A stretch of 63,742 nucleotides of DNA, filler included, from Phoronis australis (Eukaryota > Animalia > Phoronida): NCBI GenBank assembly GCA_002633005.1. It is 10 parts of 10 records of this genome, joined end to end, with 100 filler letters (N's around TTAATTAATTAA, not from the genome) between each part and the next. Parts side by side here need not be neighbours in the genome. Positions count along the whole stretch, not along the records: positions 17,670 to 30,471 come from NMRA01001618.1; positions 30,572 to 40,233 come from NMRA01001794.1; 8 more parts are not named here. One strand, given 5' to 3'. Of the stretch, positions 25,715-36,621 are shown one piece after another (position 1 is the stretch's first letter; each line of letters begins with the position of its first letter). The position numbers and the translations under genes are program-made. The notes below the pieces were generated by a model. That model saw nothing but the letters and a program-made list of their open reading frames with translations, was not told the origin of the DNA and did no database searches.

Positions 25715-25987
25715 GTCCCACGAGCACCTTGCGGATCAGGGACCACCGCTCGCGTAGCACTCCAGTATCACATGCAGAAGGTCAAATTGAACGAGACAAG
25801 AATATTCGAGAACGCCATCACTAAGACTCGATTCAACGCCACTCCACGGACAGAGACGAAGTGCGGAGATTTTCCAGCTGTACACGTTGAAATAGAAGGC
25901 AGAGCGTTTTATACGGGTTCCGCGACATTCACGTTTGAAACTGGTGATAGATTGGGAGCAGGGTTTATTCCTGGAGTCAAAATTTAA
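25715..25987 (+). CDS. L3HYPDH-like: Proline racemase family gene, terminal exon 4: VPRAPCGSGTTARVALQYH...KCGDFPAVHVEIEGRAFYTGSATFTFETGDRLGAGFIPGVKI*; a truncated duplicate lies at 25211-25449
   Basis: tttacag acceptor (phase 0); spliced CDS is 484+153+143+273 = 1053 nt = 350 aa plus stop; ARVALQYH, KCGDF and YTG match animal L3HYPDH. Confidence 0.93.
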   Translation, partial: VPRAPCGSGTTARVALQYHMQKVKLNETRIFENAITKTRFNATPRTETKCGDFPAVHVEIEGRAFYTGSATFTFETGDRLGAGFIPGVKI

Positions 25988-27889
25988 GGACGACCAAATG
26001 CATAGGCTGTTGCCTAGAATCGCACGAAAAGTAAAGCTAAATGTGCAGATCACCATGATAAGTATATTCCTGAAAACTCCTTAAAGAAATGACTCCAGGA
26101 TTGACTCCCTAATCAAGTCAAAACTGATGCACATAGACGATATGCTTCTGAGGTCGCTAACTACATGTAGTTTCACTTATTAATTAGAACAATACTTGGG
26201 ACTCAAGGACATGTACAATAGTCATAATTCACATTTTGTTGAGGAGACCACATTAAGGGAAAATAAACCCGAGAATTCTGTCAAAAAACATTTTTTTATT
26301 TTAGTCAACTTACTGTTATTAAGTCGGTTTCGTATTCATGTTGTTCCTTACGCAGATCGTTATTGTTTCAGAGCAGGGCAGTTAATTTAGTTGTCACTAC
26401 AGGTAATTTACATGTACATTTTCCAAGAAAAATTAACGTAGGACGAACTCCAGGTCATCCAAAGATTGTAACTCAATTAACTTCAATGAAAGGACAGAAC
26501 ACGATGACAGTGCTTTGGATGAACAAATACGGCTGTGACTAACTTGCTGTTATTGAAGCCAGAACACGGTTCACAGCAGTTTTGATACTCAACTTCGATC
26601 AAAAACATTTGCTTGATTATATACAGCAGTTTTCAATTTTTTCAAAATGAAGGAGCTTCTATGGAAAATTCACCCTTTACCATAACATGATTATGCAAAG
26701 TCCTTATTGACATTGAATTGAATTTCAAAAGCAAGCTCCCAGGACTGTATTATTTTTGACAAATCAAGCCTCAACAGTTTTGGGAAACCCTTCGGTATAT
26801 TTATTGTTTGTTTGGAAAAGCTCCCTGCCGCAGAAACTCTTGTCATTCCCAGGTCGACGATCACATTTCAAAATTTATAGCTCCCGCGTAATATATGTTC
26901 CTATGCATATAAAAGTTAATATTAATGTCATAACCAACGTAGCCAAGTTCCTAGAACCTGCAGTAGAACAGAGATGTACTGTATCGATGTTGAATTGTAG
27001 CCTTTGTTTTGTTTTTAATTTCTTCTCTTGTGTTTGCATTTTGTTTCAAACAACACGTGTGTGTCTGTGTGTTTGTACATGTATAGTGCGTTTATTTGTG
27101 TAAAATAGGGCTGGTTGTCTAATTACATTGAATAAATAACTTACTTACTTACATATTTACTTAGTTACTTACTTATTTACTGCTATCAAAGAACCTTAGA
27201 AATGTTTCATTATTTATGTCAGTACAACACGCATAATCATCCTATTATTGAAATCAATGTAATATCCCAAGATTAGACATCAGTTTCTCACCCACATGCA
27301 GTAAAATGACAGATTCTATGGATAAGATGGACATTGCCTTTTTTAATCCACCAATTATCAGGATTTTTTTCTGCGGTCCATGAATAAGCTACTCTGCATG
27401 TATTGCAAGTGCAGGACAAAAACACACACCTTCATCAAGTACAAGATAATCGGTGATAGGTGACTTTGGAAACTCAGGTAAATTGCGGTTTAAGGAAAAA
27501 CTTTCTTTAAAAAAACAATGTGACGGAAACGACATAAAACAGGACCAATTAGTTAATGATACCAATAACAGTTATCTTAGTTTATCCTACAGCTAATCCA
27601 AAAACGTGCTGAGGTAAATTGTATCCTACGTTGTTTGACACTCGCTTACAGTTTTAATTGCGTCCCAAAAGTAAGTATGTGGGACTATATTCATATCTTA
27701 AACGACGAATAAAAGACAAGGCGAGCCACGTAATATTATACAGAGCATCTAGTCTCAGTGTGTGTAAATACTCCGTTAAAGAAGTGTTACATGTACGTGT
27801 GAAGCGTACGGTAGAGAAAGATTTTACCTGCAACTGTACATGTATGTGCCGTAGGCTGGGCACTATTTACACGGTCTTCCATTGCTGGT

Positions 27890-28405
27890 AATGTTTCTTT
27901 TAAAAACATTAAAACCGAGACCGGCAAGACATCTTTCATTTATGCTGCTGCTGCAATATGGAACTCTCTTAGCTCAGAAATTCAATTAATACTTTCAAAA
28001 GTAATATTAAAAGTGGCTGTAATTTACTTATTCTTACACCTTACCTGTCTTAATTATGTCATTTTTTATTATTGTAAATACTCTCGCTATTTAGTATCAA
28101 CTCTTTATTTATTTCATCTCTCCTATTAAGTTTTCATCATCCTTCGTCATTTATTTATTATCTAAAGTCTCTTAATTGTATCTTTGTTACATGTAGTTGA
28201 TTATTGATAGATAAAATTTAAGTCTAATACTGGAATAAAATTTTCATGTATTTAATTATTGTTTTACTACTTTATTGTATTATTTTACTCTTTTATATTT
28301 TGTTGTTGAGGGGCCTCTTGGAAAGCAGTGCTACCACTGAAGATGTCACTCTCATTTTAAATAGTACGATGAATAAATAAATGAATACACAAATAAATAA
28401 ATAAA
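27890..28405 (+). mobile_element. 3' end of an L2/Crack/CR1-group LINE
   Basis: Degenerate KTSFIYAAAAIWNSL...FKS C-terminal motif, AT-rich 3'UTR, stem-like gggcctcttggaaagcag block and (AATA)n tail. Confidence 0.65.
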
Positions 28406-29459
28406 AAATATTTTTAATGTTTCCGATTGCCAATATGGTTCACTAAAGATAAGAGATGTCTTTAGAAAACGGATGTTCATTCCGAGTGCCTCTGAAATGG
28501 TCACAGCGTGTGAATGCAGGCCAGCGTGCGCACATGTATATCCGTACAATATAAATGGAACATTTATAAACATTTCTAAATAACCCTATATTTTGTCTTG
28601 TTTTGAGCATGAGTAAATTGGTCAGCGTTTAACTTTTTCTAAAGTAATCATTGTGGTACACATCAACCATTGCAAAAAGTACCTACAGGAGAGCGTGATC
28701 TCAAACAAAACAGATATGGATGTCGATAAGAAACTTTCATTTCATTGTAATAATATTTGGTGATCATCATCACTATCATATTTTCTAAATAGAAGCAATA
28801 CAATCTTTGTAGTTAATAATATTCCAATATCAGCTAATGAGTATTGGACTTATGCATTGTAGTGGAAAGACAGGCTTCAGCGAAAATAATCAAGATTCAC
28901 CTAATGTTTAAGAAGGACCATAGAAAAAATGTCAAATTTTGGTCAACATCGGAACATCATATCTCAAAAATGAATGTTTAGATTTACACGAAACTTTCAG
29001 ATACTACCTTGATGCTTTATACACTGTTCTTCAAAATCCTGTTACTTAGTTTAGAATGTTTCATTTTTGCATTAGAGGCTATAAAAATAGGACGTAAATA
29101 ATTTTCATAAAAAATTGCATAAAACAGAAACGAAACGACATTTTAGAAAAGTGAACCGCGTTTCGAGTATTTATTTTGAACATTGATATCGAAATCTGGT
29201 GATGTTTTTGGTCCTAATGTTCTGATACGATTGTACCTACAATGTAGGTTTCCTGTTTTGCTAAACTTTCCTAACGAGCAAGGTCACGTGACCTTAGTAT
29301 TCGCAGACTGGTATAAATGACTCGAATTCCCCCGAATTTCTACTTTCAGAAAATATATACATTTTCTGAGCTTGTGTACATATTTGGCTAAATATACAAA
29401 CTTGTCGATAAATCCTGTACCTACATAACCGTAACGTCCGTCCGTTTCTCTGCAAAGGT

Positions 29460-29618
29460 TGTGTCGATATCCCGATAATGCAGACATCCCGATTGATTAA
29501 CTCGAACAGGGTTGTCAACAGTATGAATTTTAGTTATTTAAATACACAAAGATGCCATTTTCTCAACGCCTTGATTGCATCTTTGAATCCAATACGTGAT
29601 AAATAATTCGTTATCTAG
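29460..29618 (+). repeat. Diverged copy of the sequence just upstream of the proline racemase ATG (18130-18272)
   Basis: Shared gatatcc.gataa, actcgaacagggttg.caacag.atg.attt, tcaac.ccttgat and a tgataa..ttatct pair with identical spacing. Confidence 0.8.
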
Positions 29619-30779
29619 TTCAAGAGGCAAACAAAATTATCAATAAATCTTCTTTTAATTTGTTGAATCTATGATCACATCCACATACGTGTACATGTAG
29701 GTCCGGCGGGCCAGTAACTTTTAAGTTACATGCCTGGTCTCCAATCAACTGTCCCCGGGCCAGCGGGTTAGCGTGTATTTTGAACGCTGCCAGTTTCTGT
29801 GAATAAAATTTGAGATATCCTTGACTGAGAATTTTTGAGAAATGAGCGAGTGGCCTTGAGGTCGGATTCTTAGTTCGAAGTGTGGAAACTGGACGATTTA
29901 AGACGCATTTTGAATACATTCTCAGGAGATACGATGGTCACGATTGCCAAGATATCAGTGCCTAGACCACATAGCCTCGGAGTTTGACGACATAGTCTGC
30001 ACGTAAGTATTTATTCGAAAATAAGGAAAAAAAAAACCAAAAACTTTGCGAAAGCTTAAGGAGTATTGTACAAGCTGACCCCTCGCGGAAATAGGACGAA
30101 TTTCGTACAGAAGGAGCATGCTTAGTACTTACTGCTGTATTCCATGTTGGTTAAACAAAGTGTTTCGTAGACAAGAGTGATGTTCTCAGTGTCAGTCAAT
30201 CATGAAGTGGACGACAGTTTTAGTAATGCTTAAAATAGTTAAAAACGGATTTCTCGATACCAGTGCGCAGTGAAGTCAGTGGTCAATGACCGCAGTGCAG
30301 GTAAGAAATCAATTCTTCATTGCATACGTCCGTATGGTTTTAGCCTAGTGAGGATCAGTTCCAACTCATTAAAGTTCCGATACATTTTAATATATATATA
30401 TAAGTGCAATATAACGTAGCAAGGAAAATCACTAATCGTACCGAATCAGCACAATGCGGCCTGACTATCATNNNNNNNNNNNNNNNNNNNNNNNNNNNNN
30501 NNNNNNNNNNNNNNNTTAATTAATTAANNNNNNNNNNNNNNNNNNNNNNNNNNNNNNNNNNNNNNNNNNNNTATTTTTAAACTTGAAGTACCAAAACACT
30601 GGTAGATTTTGATCGTCAGCTAAGCCTAATTAGTTTAGTTAATTGAACTTTCCAGATTACGTCTACACTAAACATTCAGCGACCAAAACTACACGTGCCA
30701 TTAGTTCAAGTTTAATCTTTATCAGAACTCAAATCATAACATGTATACGAAAGCACAAGTGATGATGATAGCAAAATTG

Positions 30780-30906
30780 AAGATTTGGTTGCACTGCTTC
30801 TGCCCCGGCCTACACCTGTCCCTGCCGTCTCGGAAAATCTCTGGGAATCGAACCACAGGTCTCTAGGTTGCCGGTATCGTGCTCTTCCAATTTAGCTACC
30901 GAGGAT
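30780..30906 (-). mobile_element. tRNA-derived SINE head
   Basis: Minus strand shows A box GTAGCTAAATTGG and B box GGTTCGATTCCC with tRNA-like spacing, no intact acceptor stem, and unrelated body sequence. Confidence 0.6.
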
Positions 30907-31610
30907 CCTATATCTGTCCAATAACTGTTTGCAGCCAACTGTTTTTATACATCTCATGAGTGACGGCAACGGCAGTGGCAAGAGATGACGAGTTACAGAC
31001 AAATCGGATTATAGCTGTGGCACCTAATGTCAATTGTTTTTTTACGTTTGCCTCTATATCTTAGAATTTCGTTAGCTTTCATGAAATTTGGCAAATAATC
31101 ATGTTTTATAGAGTTGACGCCACCTTCTTGACGCAACTTGATATGCGACATCTAATGGACATTCTTATAATTCTAAAAACTCTCATTGAAGCACGCCTTT
31201 TGCAATGCTATCGTGGGCGCATTTCAATGTTTCTCTTTAATATTAACATCTGCGTTAATGTCTACTCAGTTAACCTCTTGCAAGGTCAAAATTTGGCGCG
31301 TGTAATCCTATTTTAAACTCGACAACAATTGAAGCACTGCTGTACCTCCGAATAGATATTTTTCTCTCAAAAAGTGAGATACGCCTGTCTCTATCTTTAA
31401 AGTTCCCTTGAGGATTTCCATTTAATTTTGCCGGGCAGTGTTCTTAGAGAGAAGATGACGCCTTGCTTTGGATAGGTTTAATGTTTTCTATGTCGTTTAA
31501 TGGCAATTTTTGCGATATTAAAAGCACTACTGGAATTCCATTGCAGTCGTGGCTGCACTTCAACTCTCCATGTAGCTCTTGTTTACAGGGAGCGGGTTCA
31601 GTGAAACCTG

Positions 31611-32005
31611 GGCCCAGTCTCCAATCTTTTTACTCGAAATGGAACTCGAAATTAGGTTTGGCATTTTCTACTCTACTTTTGGGCGAACTCAAGATAAGTG
31701 TCTATTATTCTATGCTCGAGTACACAATAACTTACGTAGATAATTTATTGCCCTTAGTTCACAGCTTGTAAACCCAATATTAAAGCAATAAGTTCGAGTT
31801 TGGACTCGAAATTTAGAGTTTTTACTCGAGTTTGTAGCACGAATATAAGGGTCTTCAAGGGAAAACTTGAACTAGAAGCTCCTATGCATAAACTATAATG
31901 TATTCGAGCACAGTCTGATAACCAATTATCTTAAGTTCGCACAAAAGCAGCAGAGAAATTGCCAAAAAACAGTTTCGAGTTCGTTTCGAGTACAAAGACC
32001 GGGCC
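31611..32005. mobile_element. PIF/Harbinger-type MITE with CTG target-site duplication
   Basis: TIRs GGCCCAGTCT..TACTCGAAAtGGAACTCGAAA and rc GGCCCGGTCT..TACTCGAAACGAACTCGAAA; flanks gaaacCTG| and |CTGgttt; internal ctcga repeats. Confidence 0.85.
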
Positions 32006-33075
32006 CTGGTTTAAAGTATCCAAGACACCCCAATGTGTCGAGCTAGGTTAACCCAACAAAGACTCTTTATTGAAGTGTTTCAAAGAAACTGTGATCACGT
32101 AGGTTTCAATGACAGCACACAGTTGTAGGTAGAATCAGTGCTGACGTATTTTCCTGGTATCTCTGTCATCCGAATAAAATGAGTAGAAAAAGGTCAGAAC
32201 ACTTTTCTCCTAGTGAGGAAGGTTTCCTCATAAAACTGATTACAGAAAAAAAAATGATGGATAGATGGCCAGCAAGAAAAGTGACGCTAAAACAAGTCAA
32301 CGTTAGCAACAGTCTAACTCCACAGGTTCTCAGTTTTTCAGAAGTGATATAAAAATACGTTAACGAAGTTGAAACCTAGGCCATAGTTTTGAAGACAGAT
32401 AAGGCTGAAATTCGCAGACGGTGAAGTCTAGTTACGTAACGACACTGCCGTGGCTTCGTATAATAAACGGCTGCACCCAATGGCTGGATATTCCAGGGCT
32501 TCTTGGATTCTCAATGTGTGGCTTTTCATACATAAAAGTATCATTTGAATGTATTACTTTACAAAAAAGAACAGCGTCCTAATGGTCTGGGAGTGCTGGG
32601 ATCCGCGGTAATGGTATTGGCCACTATACGAAATGCGCTCTTCGTCTTCCATCTAATAGATGTCGCTCTTGCTTAAAAATAAGCGACACCTTTTGGGTGC
32701 ATCAGTAGGAAGTGGAAGTGGTCGAATAACAACGGAGTTATAACGTGTGATAAGTTGCGGATTTCTCGTAAATACTGCTGGACAAAATGGATTAGTAACA
32801 ACAAAGCTGCTGAATTAAAATTTGTGGGTATCATAATGGAGACCATTGAAGGCGTCCCTTTGAGAGAAGGTATTGTTTGAAAATGCTACAACATTCTTGT
32901 AAGATTGAGGTTCATGTTTGCAGTCCCAAGCATTGGTGACAGAGTTGACATGAATGCTTGCTATGAGATGTAGTTTTAGTGACTGTTAGACAGTCTACAC
33001 CAACAAATTATTAAACAGTGTTTGTTGTTCACTTTTTGTAGGTTGATCAAGGTAATAGATATACCAACTCAAGCA

Positions 33076-33262
33076 GGTCTAATAGTCGGATACGTGGTCC
33101 ATGTGGGCCCCTGATTGGAGACTTTGAGAGGCAGTTACTGCCACTGAATTATGAATAATGCTTGTTAGTGTTAGTGTTAGTGTTATTCAGTGGTAGTAAC
33201 TGGTTCTTAAATTAACTTTAAATCAGGGACCCCCAGGGAACCACCTATATGACTATTACCAT
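33076..33262. mobile_element. Palindromic MITE; second copy at ~33625-33750
   Basis: taatagtc..ccctgatt..cagttact.ccactgaa mirrored by ttcagtgg.agtaactgg..aatcaggg..gactatta, with the same architecture 550 bp downstream. Confidence 0.7.
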
Positions 33263-34297
33263 GCCAGTGGGCATTGCTGTTATTCAGTGAAAACTGGTTC
33301 TCGGCGACCATTTTGAAGAGGGACCTGTTTACGCCACTTTTACTGTCTCTTCATTGTTTCCAATCCTAAACTCAGTGTCCAACTGTCCAAGACTGCACTA
33401 CTCAGTCTGTCACCCTCTTATACAAAATTGGGAACTAGCCACTACTGGAGTACTGGTGGTCACTGGAGTCCAAAAATTTGAGAATCTAAGTTTTTTGTGT
33501 TACTCAAGGTGTGGTACATATCTGCAAGTGACTGTTAACCAAAATTGTAGTTAACATGGTAGTCATCCCACACTCACCAGTGTTTCAGTATACTGTTAAA
33601 TCCCTGTACTTTAATGCACTTTATGGTAATATTCTGGTGTCCCTGATTTGAGAACCAGTTACTCCCACTGAACAACGCCCAGTATTGAGTTGTAGTAACT
33701 GGTTATCAAATCAATTTTAAATCAGGGACCCACATCTGACTATTACCAGCTTTTTTATGTCACACCAGAAGTTTTTATCTCCGCAACTCCTTGGGATCGG
33801 CAAAATATTTGAGCAATTACACTGATCGAAACTAGCTTAAGCACAAGTCAATTAAATGTTTTAAATTATGAGCATTTGTTTCTCTTTAAAACAAATAATT
33901 GGGAGTAAACAATATCTTGGAAGCTGAATGTTGGGATTTCAGATGTGAAATTAAAGTGAAGTTATGTTGCGCAATGGTGGCACATTAAACCAATGCTACC
34001 CATCTAACTATTTGTTTGGTCATCCCTGTTTATGTAATCTGGAATCAGCACCTCCTGTGCTGTCTGAGATAAATATTTTTACAACCAACATGTGAGGCTG
34101 TATAATTCTGTCTTGCATACTTGTGCAGCATTGGTACATTGGTAGTGGAATTGTTAAGAATGGATGAAGAACACGTTGTTAGCACCAGTTTACGAAACCT
34201 CAGGGGAGGTGGAACAAATTTTGCACACTGTATTTTTAGTTCTAAAGGCTGGTTTGCACTACAATCTACTAATTTTTTATATTAAAAGATTGAGCCC

Positions 34298-34759
34298 CAG
34301 GCCTTTATCCAGGATTTCGAAAATAGGGTGTCCAAAATGGGGTTCCCAATATTCCAGGGCGTCCATGATTCCGACGCGTAACCCCCCACCACCAGCAACC
34401 CCCCCAAACACGCAGATTATTTTTTACATTAAAATACGTAGACCAAGGTTTTTACATCTAAGTTTACAAAACAGCTTTCTGTAGTGAGCATTTTTACTAA
34501 AAAAACTGTGCAGACCAAGACTTTTACAATGCTATCAACCAAGTGTGAGCATAGAAACATATAAAAAGTATATACATTGTATATTTCTTCCTGCTTTGAA
34601 AAAAGAGCCACCACTGTGAGACTTTATAGGCTTCCTAGTGATCATTACAATGTCTTTGACCAAACTTGACAGTGGGCGTCCAAATGATACATTGGGCGTC
34701 CTTGCCAGGGCTTCCATATTAGTGCTAGGGCGTCCAAATGGACGCTGCATAAAGGCCTG
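34298..34759. mobile_element. hAT-type MITE (462 bp) with perfect 8-bp TSD TTGAGCCC
   Basis: TIRs CAGGCCTTTAT / ATAAAGGCCTG; TTGAGCCC at 34290-34297 and 34760-34767; subterminal GGGCGTCC repeats. Confidence 0.92.
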
Positions 34760-34886
34760 TTGAGCCCCTCATCAAAGTTGTTCAACACGCGTAAATTTTT
34801 AGCCACCATAGTCCAGTTTGAGCAACATGATCAAATTCTAAAGCCTTTTTCTTTTCCCTCAACACCTTGGTTATAAAGCTGTTATC

Positions 34887-35374
34887 AGCTGTGTTCACGT
34901 TAGCGCTCGTGAGCGCTGCGAACAACCTCGAGAGCATGTTCGCTTAGATTTCCAAGATGGTGTCCTGCGAAGGCTTCACGTCTGCAACATATGAACCCAT
35001 TATGGTTCTGCAGCACGAAAACTAACCTCAAAAGTTGACCGACTCATCCGAAACTGCGACTTAAATTACGAGTCGCTGTAGCGAGGAATAGTTTCCTCGA
35101 CGTAATTTTCGATTCTTGTCGTCCCAAAGCCTTCACGGTTGTTGTCTTGGGCTGCCGATATTAATAATTATTGGCAAAGGTTAATCATATTTATCGCTCA
35201 GTACGCCATAGGAAGGGCTGTTAGTGTTAAGCTCATCGGCTAAGACGTTCAACACAATCTGCTTCAGAGTCGCCATACTGGATCGCACAGTGAGCGCTCA
35301 CAGCTGTTCAGGAGCTGTTCCTTGTGTTCGGGAGTACACGCTAGTGGTCGCTCACTCTGTTGAACACCCTTCTG
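34887..35374. mobile_element. TIR element lacking its left end; the left end of a sister copy is at 40031-40233, cut by the spacer
   Basis: About 150 bp near-identical to 40089-40233; right end rc CAGAAGGGTGTTCAACAGAGTGAGCG matches CAGAAGCGTGTTCAATAGAGTGAGCG at 40031. Confidence 0.8.
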
Positions 35375-36069
35375 CTGTGTCCCCATGTGATAGACAATCA
35401 GCAAATTCTTTACCTACTCTTATCAGTTCTTGACAATGCTCTTGTCAGACATCTGTGACACTGATAAGATCATTCTGCTAATTGAATAATTTCCCATTGG
35501 AGCACAGGATACAAGAGCAGTCTGGCTTGAAATTTTAATTGAGCAGGAAATTGTGAATTCATGAATAATGTCCACAGTATTAATCCTGTGAAATTGGATG
35601 GAACTCAGAATCCCAGCAAATTTACTTCCTAATTAATGTAAAAAAAACTCCAAGTTAAGTAGAAATTTGTCTGAAAAAAAAAGTGATTATTTGCCTGACT
35701 GTTACTATCACTACGTGTGATGAAAATCATGGCATTGGTGAGCAAACGAACTGTTTTTACAATGAAATCTCAGTGATTTCAGACAAAAATAAACCTTTTT
35801 AATAATTTCCTAAGGACTTCTACAGTTTTTGCGAATTCCCGCAAATTTTCGAAACTTCCCTTAATGGTAGCCGTAGAATAAAATTTGAAAATTGAAAAAA
35901 AATTAATTTTTTGCTACGATCACTAAAAGTGCTTCAAAAAATTTCACTGATGTCCTAAATTATTGAGATTTTACCAATATTTAATATCAGTTACAGCTAA
36001 AAAGATTATTTCGTCATGGAGATATAGGATTGCGACTCTTTGCTTCTCGTGAATATTCCGACTTCCCAT

Positions 36070-36621
36070 GGTGCTTTCCCATTAGAGGAACTTCGATTTA
36101 CCGAAGTTTCATTGAAACTTCACTTGCCTTTGCGACTTGACTGCGATATCGAAGTTATCACTAAATGGCGATTCATTCATCGGAGTAGACACCAGACGGC
36201 GCAGTTGATACGTACTCTCAAAAGAATATTGAGTAGTGGGTTTGTGGCTACGTAATGAAAGTTGTTTTTCCATTTACGAGTGTTTATGAAAATTATCAGT
36301 GTCATTCTTCATACATATGTGCTTTCTTTTATTATTTTTTTGCGTCTATCGGGAGCACATCCGCTATGCTACAGTAACAAAGAACATGGTTTGCGAATCT
36401 CGCGTGATTGTATATTGTTGCCGCGACCTCTACCGGTAATTACGATAAAACTTCACTGTGATCGTTGCACTGCGCCGAAGTTTCGGTGAGTACCAAAGCT
36501 TTGCTTTTGGATCCTACTAGTTTAAGCGAAGTGTCGCTTGCAGGTTGACTACCGGAGTTAACCATTTCCACTTTCCGAAACTTTGATAAAAAGGAAGTTT
36601 CGCCTCTAATGGGAAAGCACC
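36070..36621. mobile_element. MITE with perfect 19-bp TIR GGTGCTTTCCCATTAGAGG (Harbinger-like termini)
   Basis: GGTGCTTTCCCATTAGAGG at 36070 and CCTCTAATGGGAAAGCACC ending at 36621; no clear TSD. Confidence 0.8.

Noticed and set aside
24946-25953. Tandemly duplicated terminal exon of the racemase gene (alternative last exons)
   Set aside because: Near-identical ~500-bp copies abut a single N at 25450 and the first is cut mid-exon, typical of unmerged overlapping contig ends or haplotypes.
30780-30906. Functional tRNA gene (also 63683-63742)
   Set aside because: A and B boxes are present but the acceptor or anticodon stems do not form properly; better explained as SINE heads.
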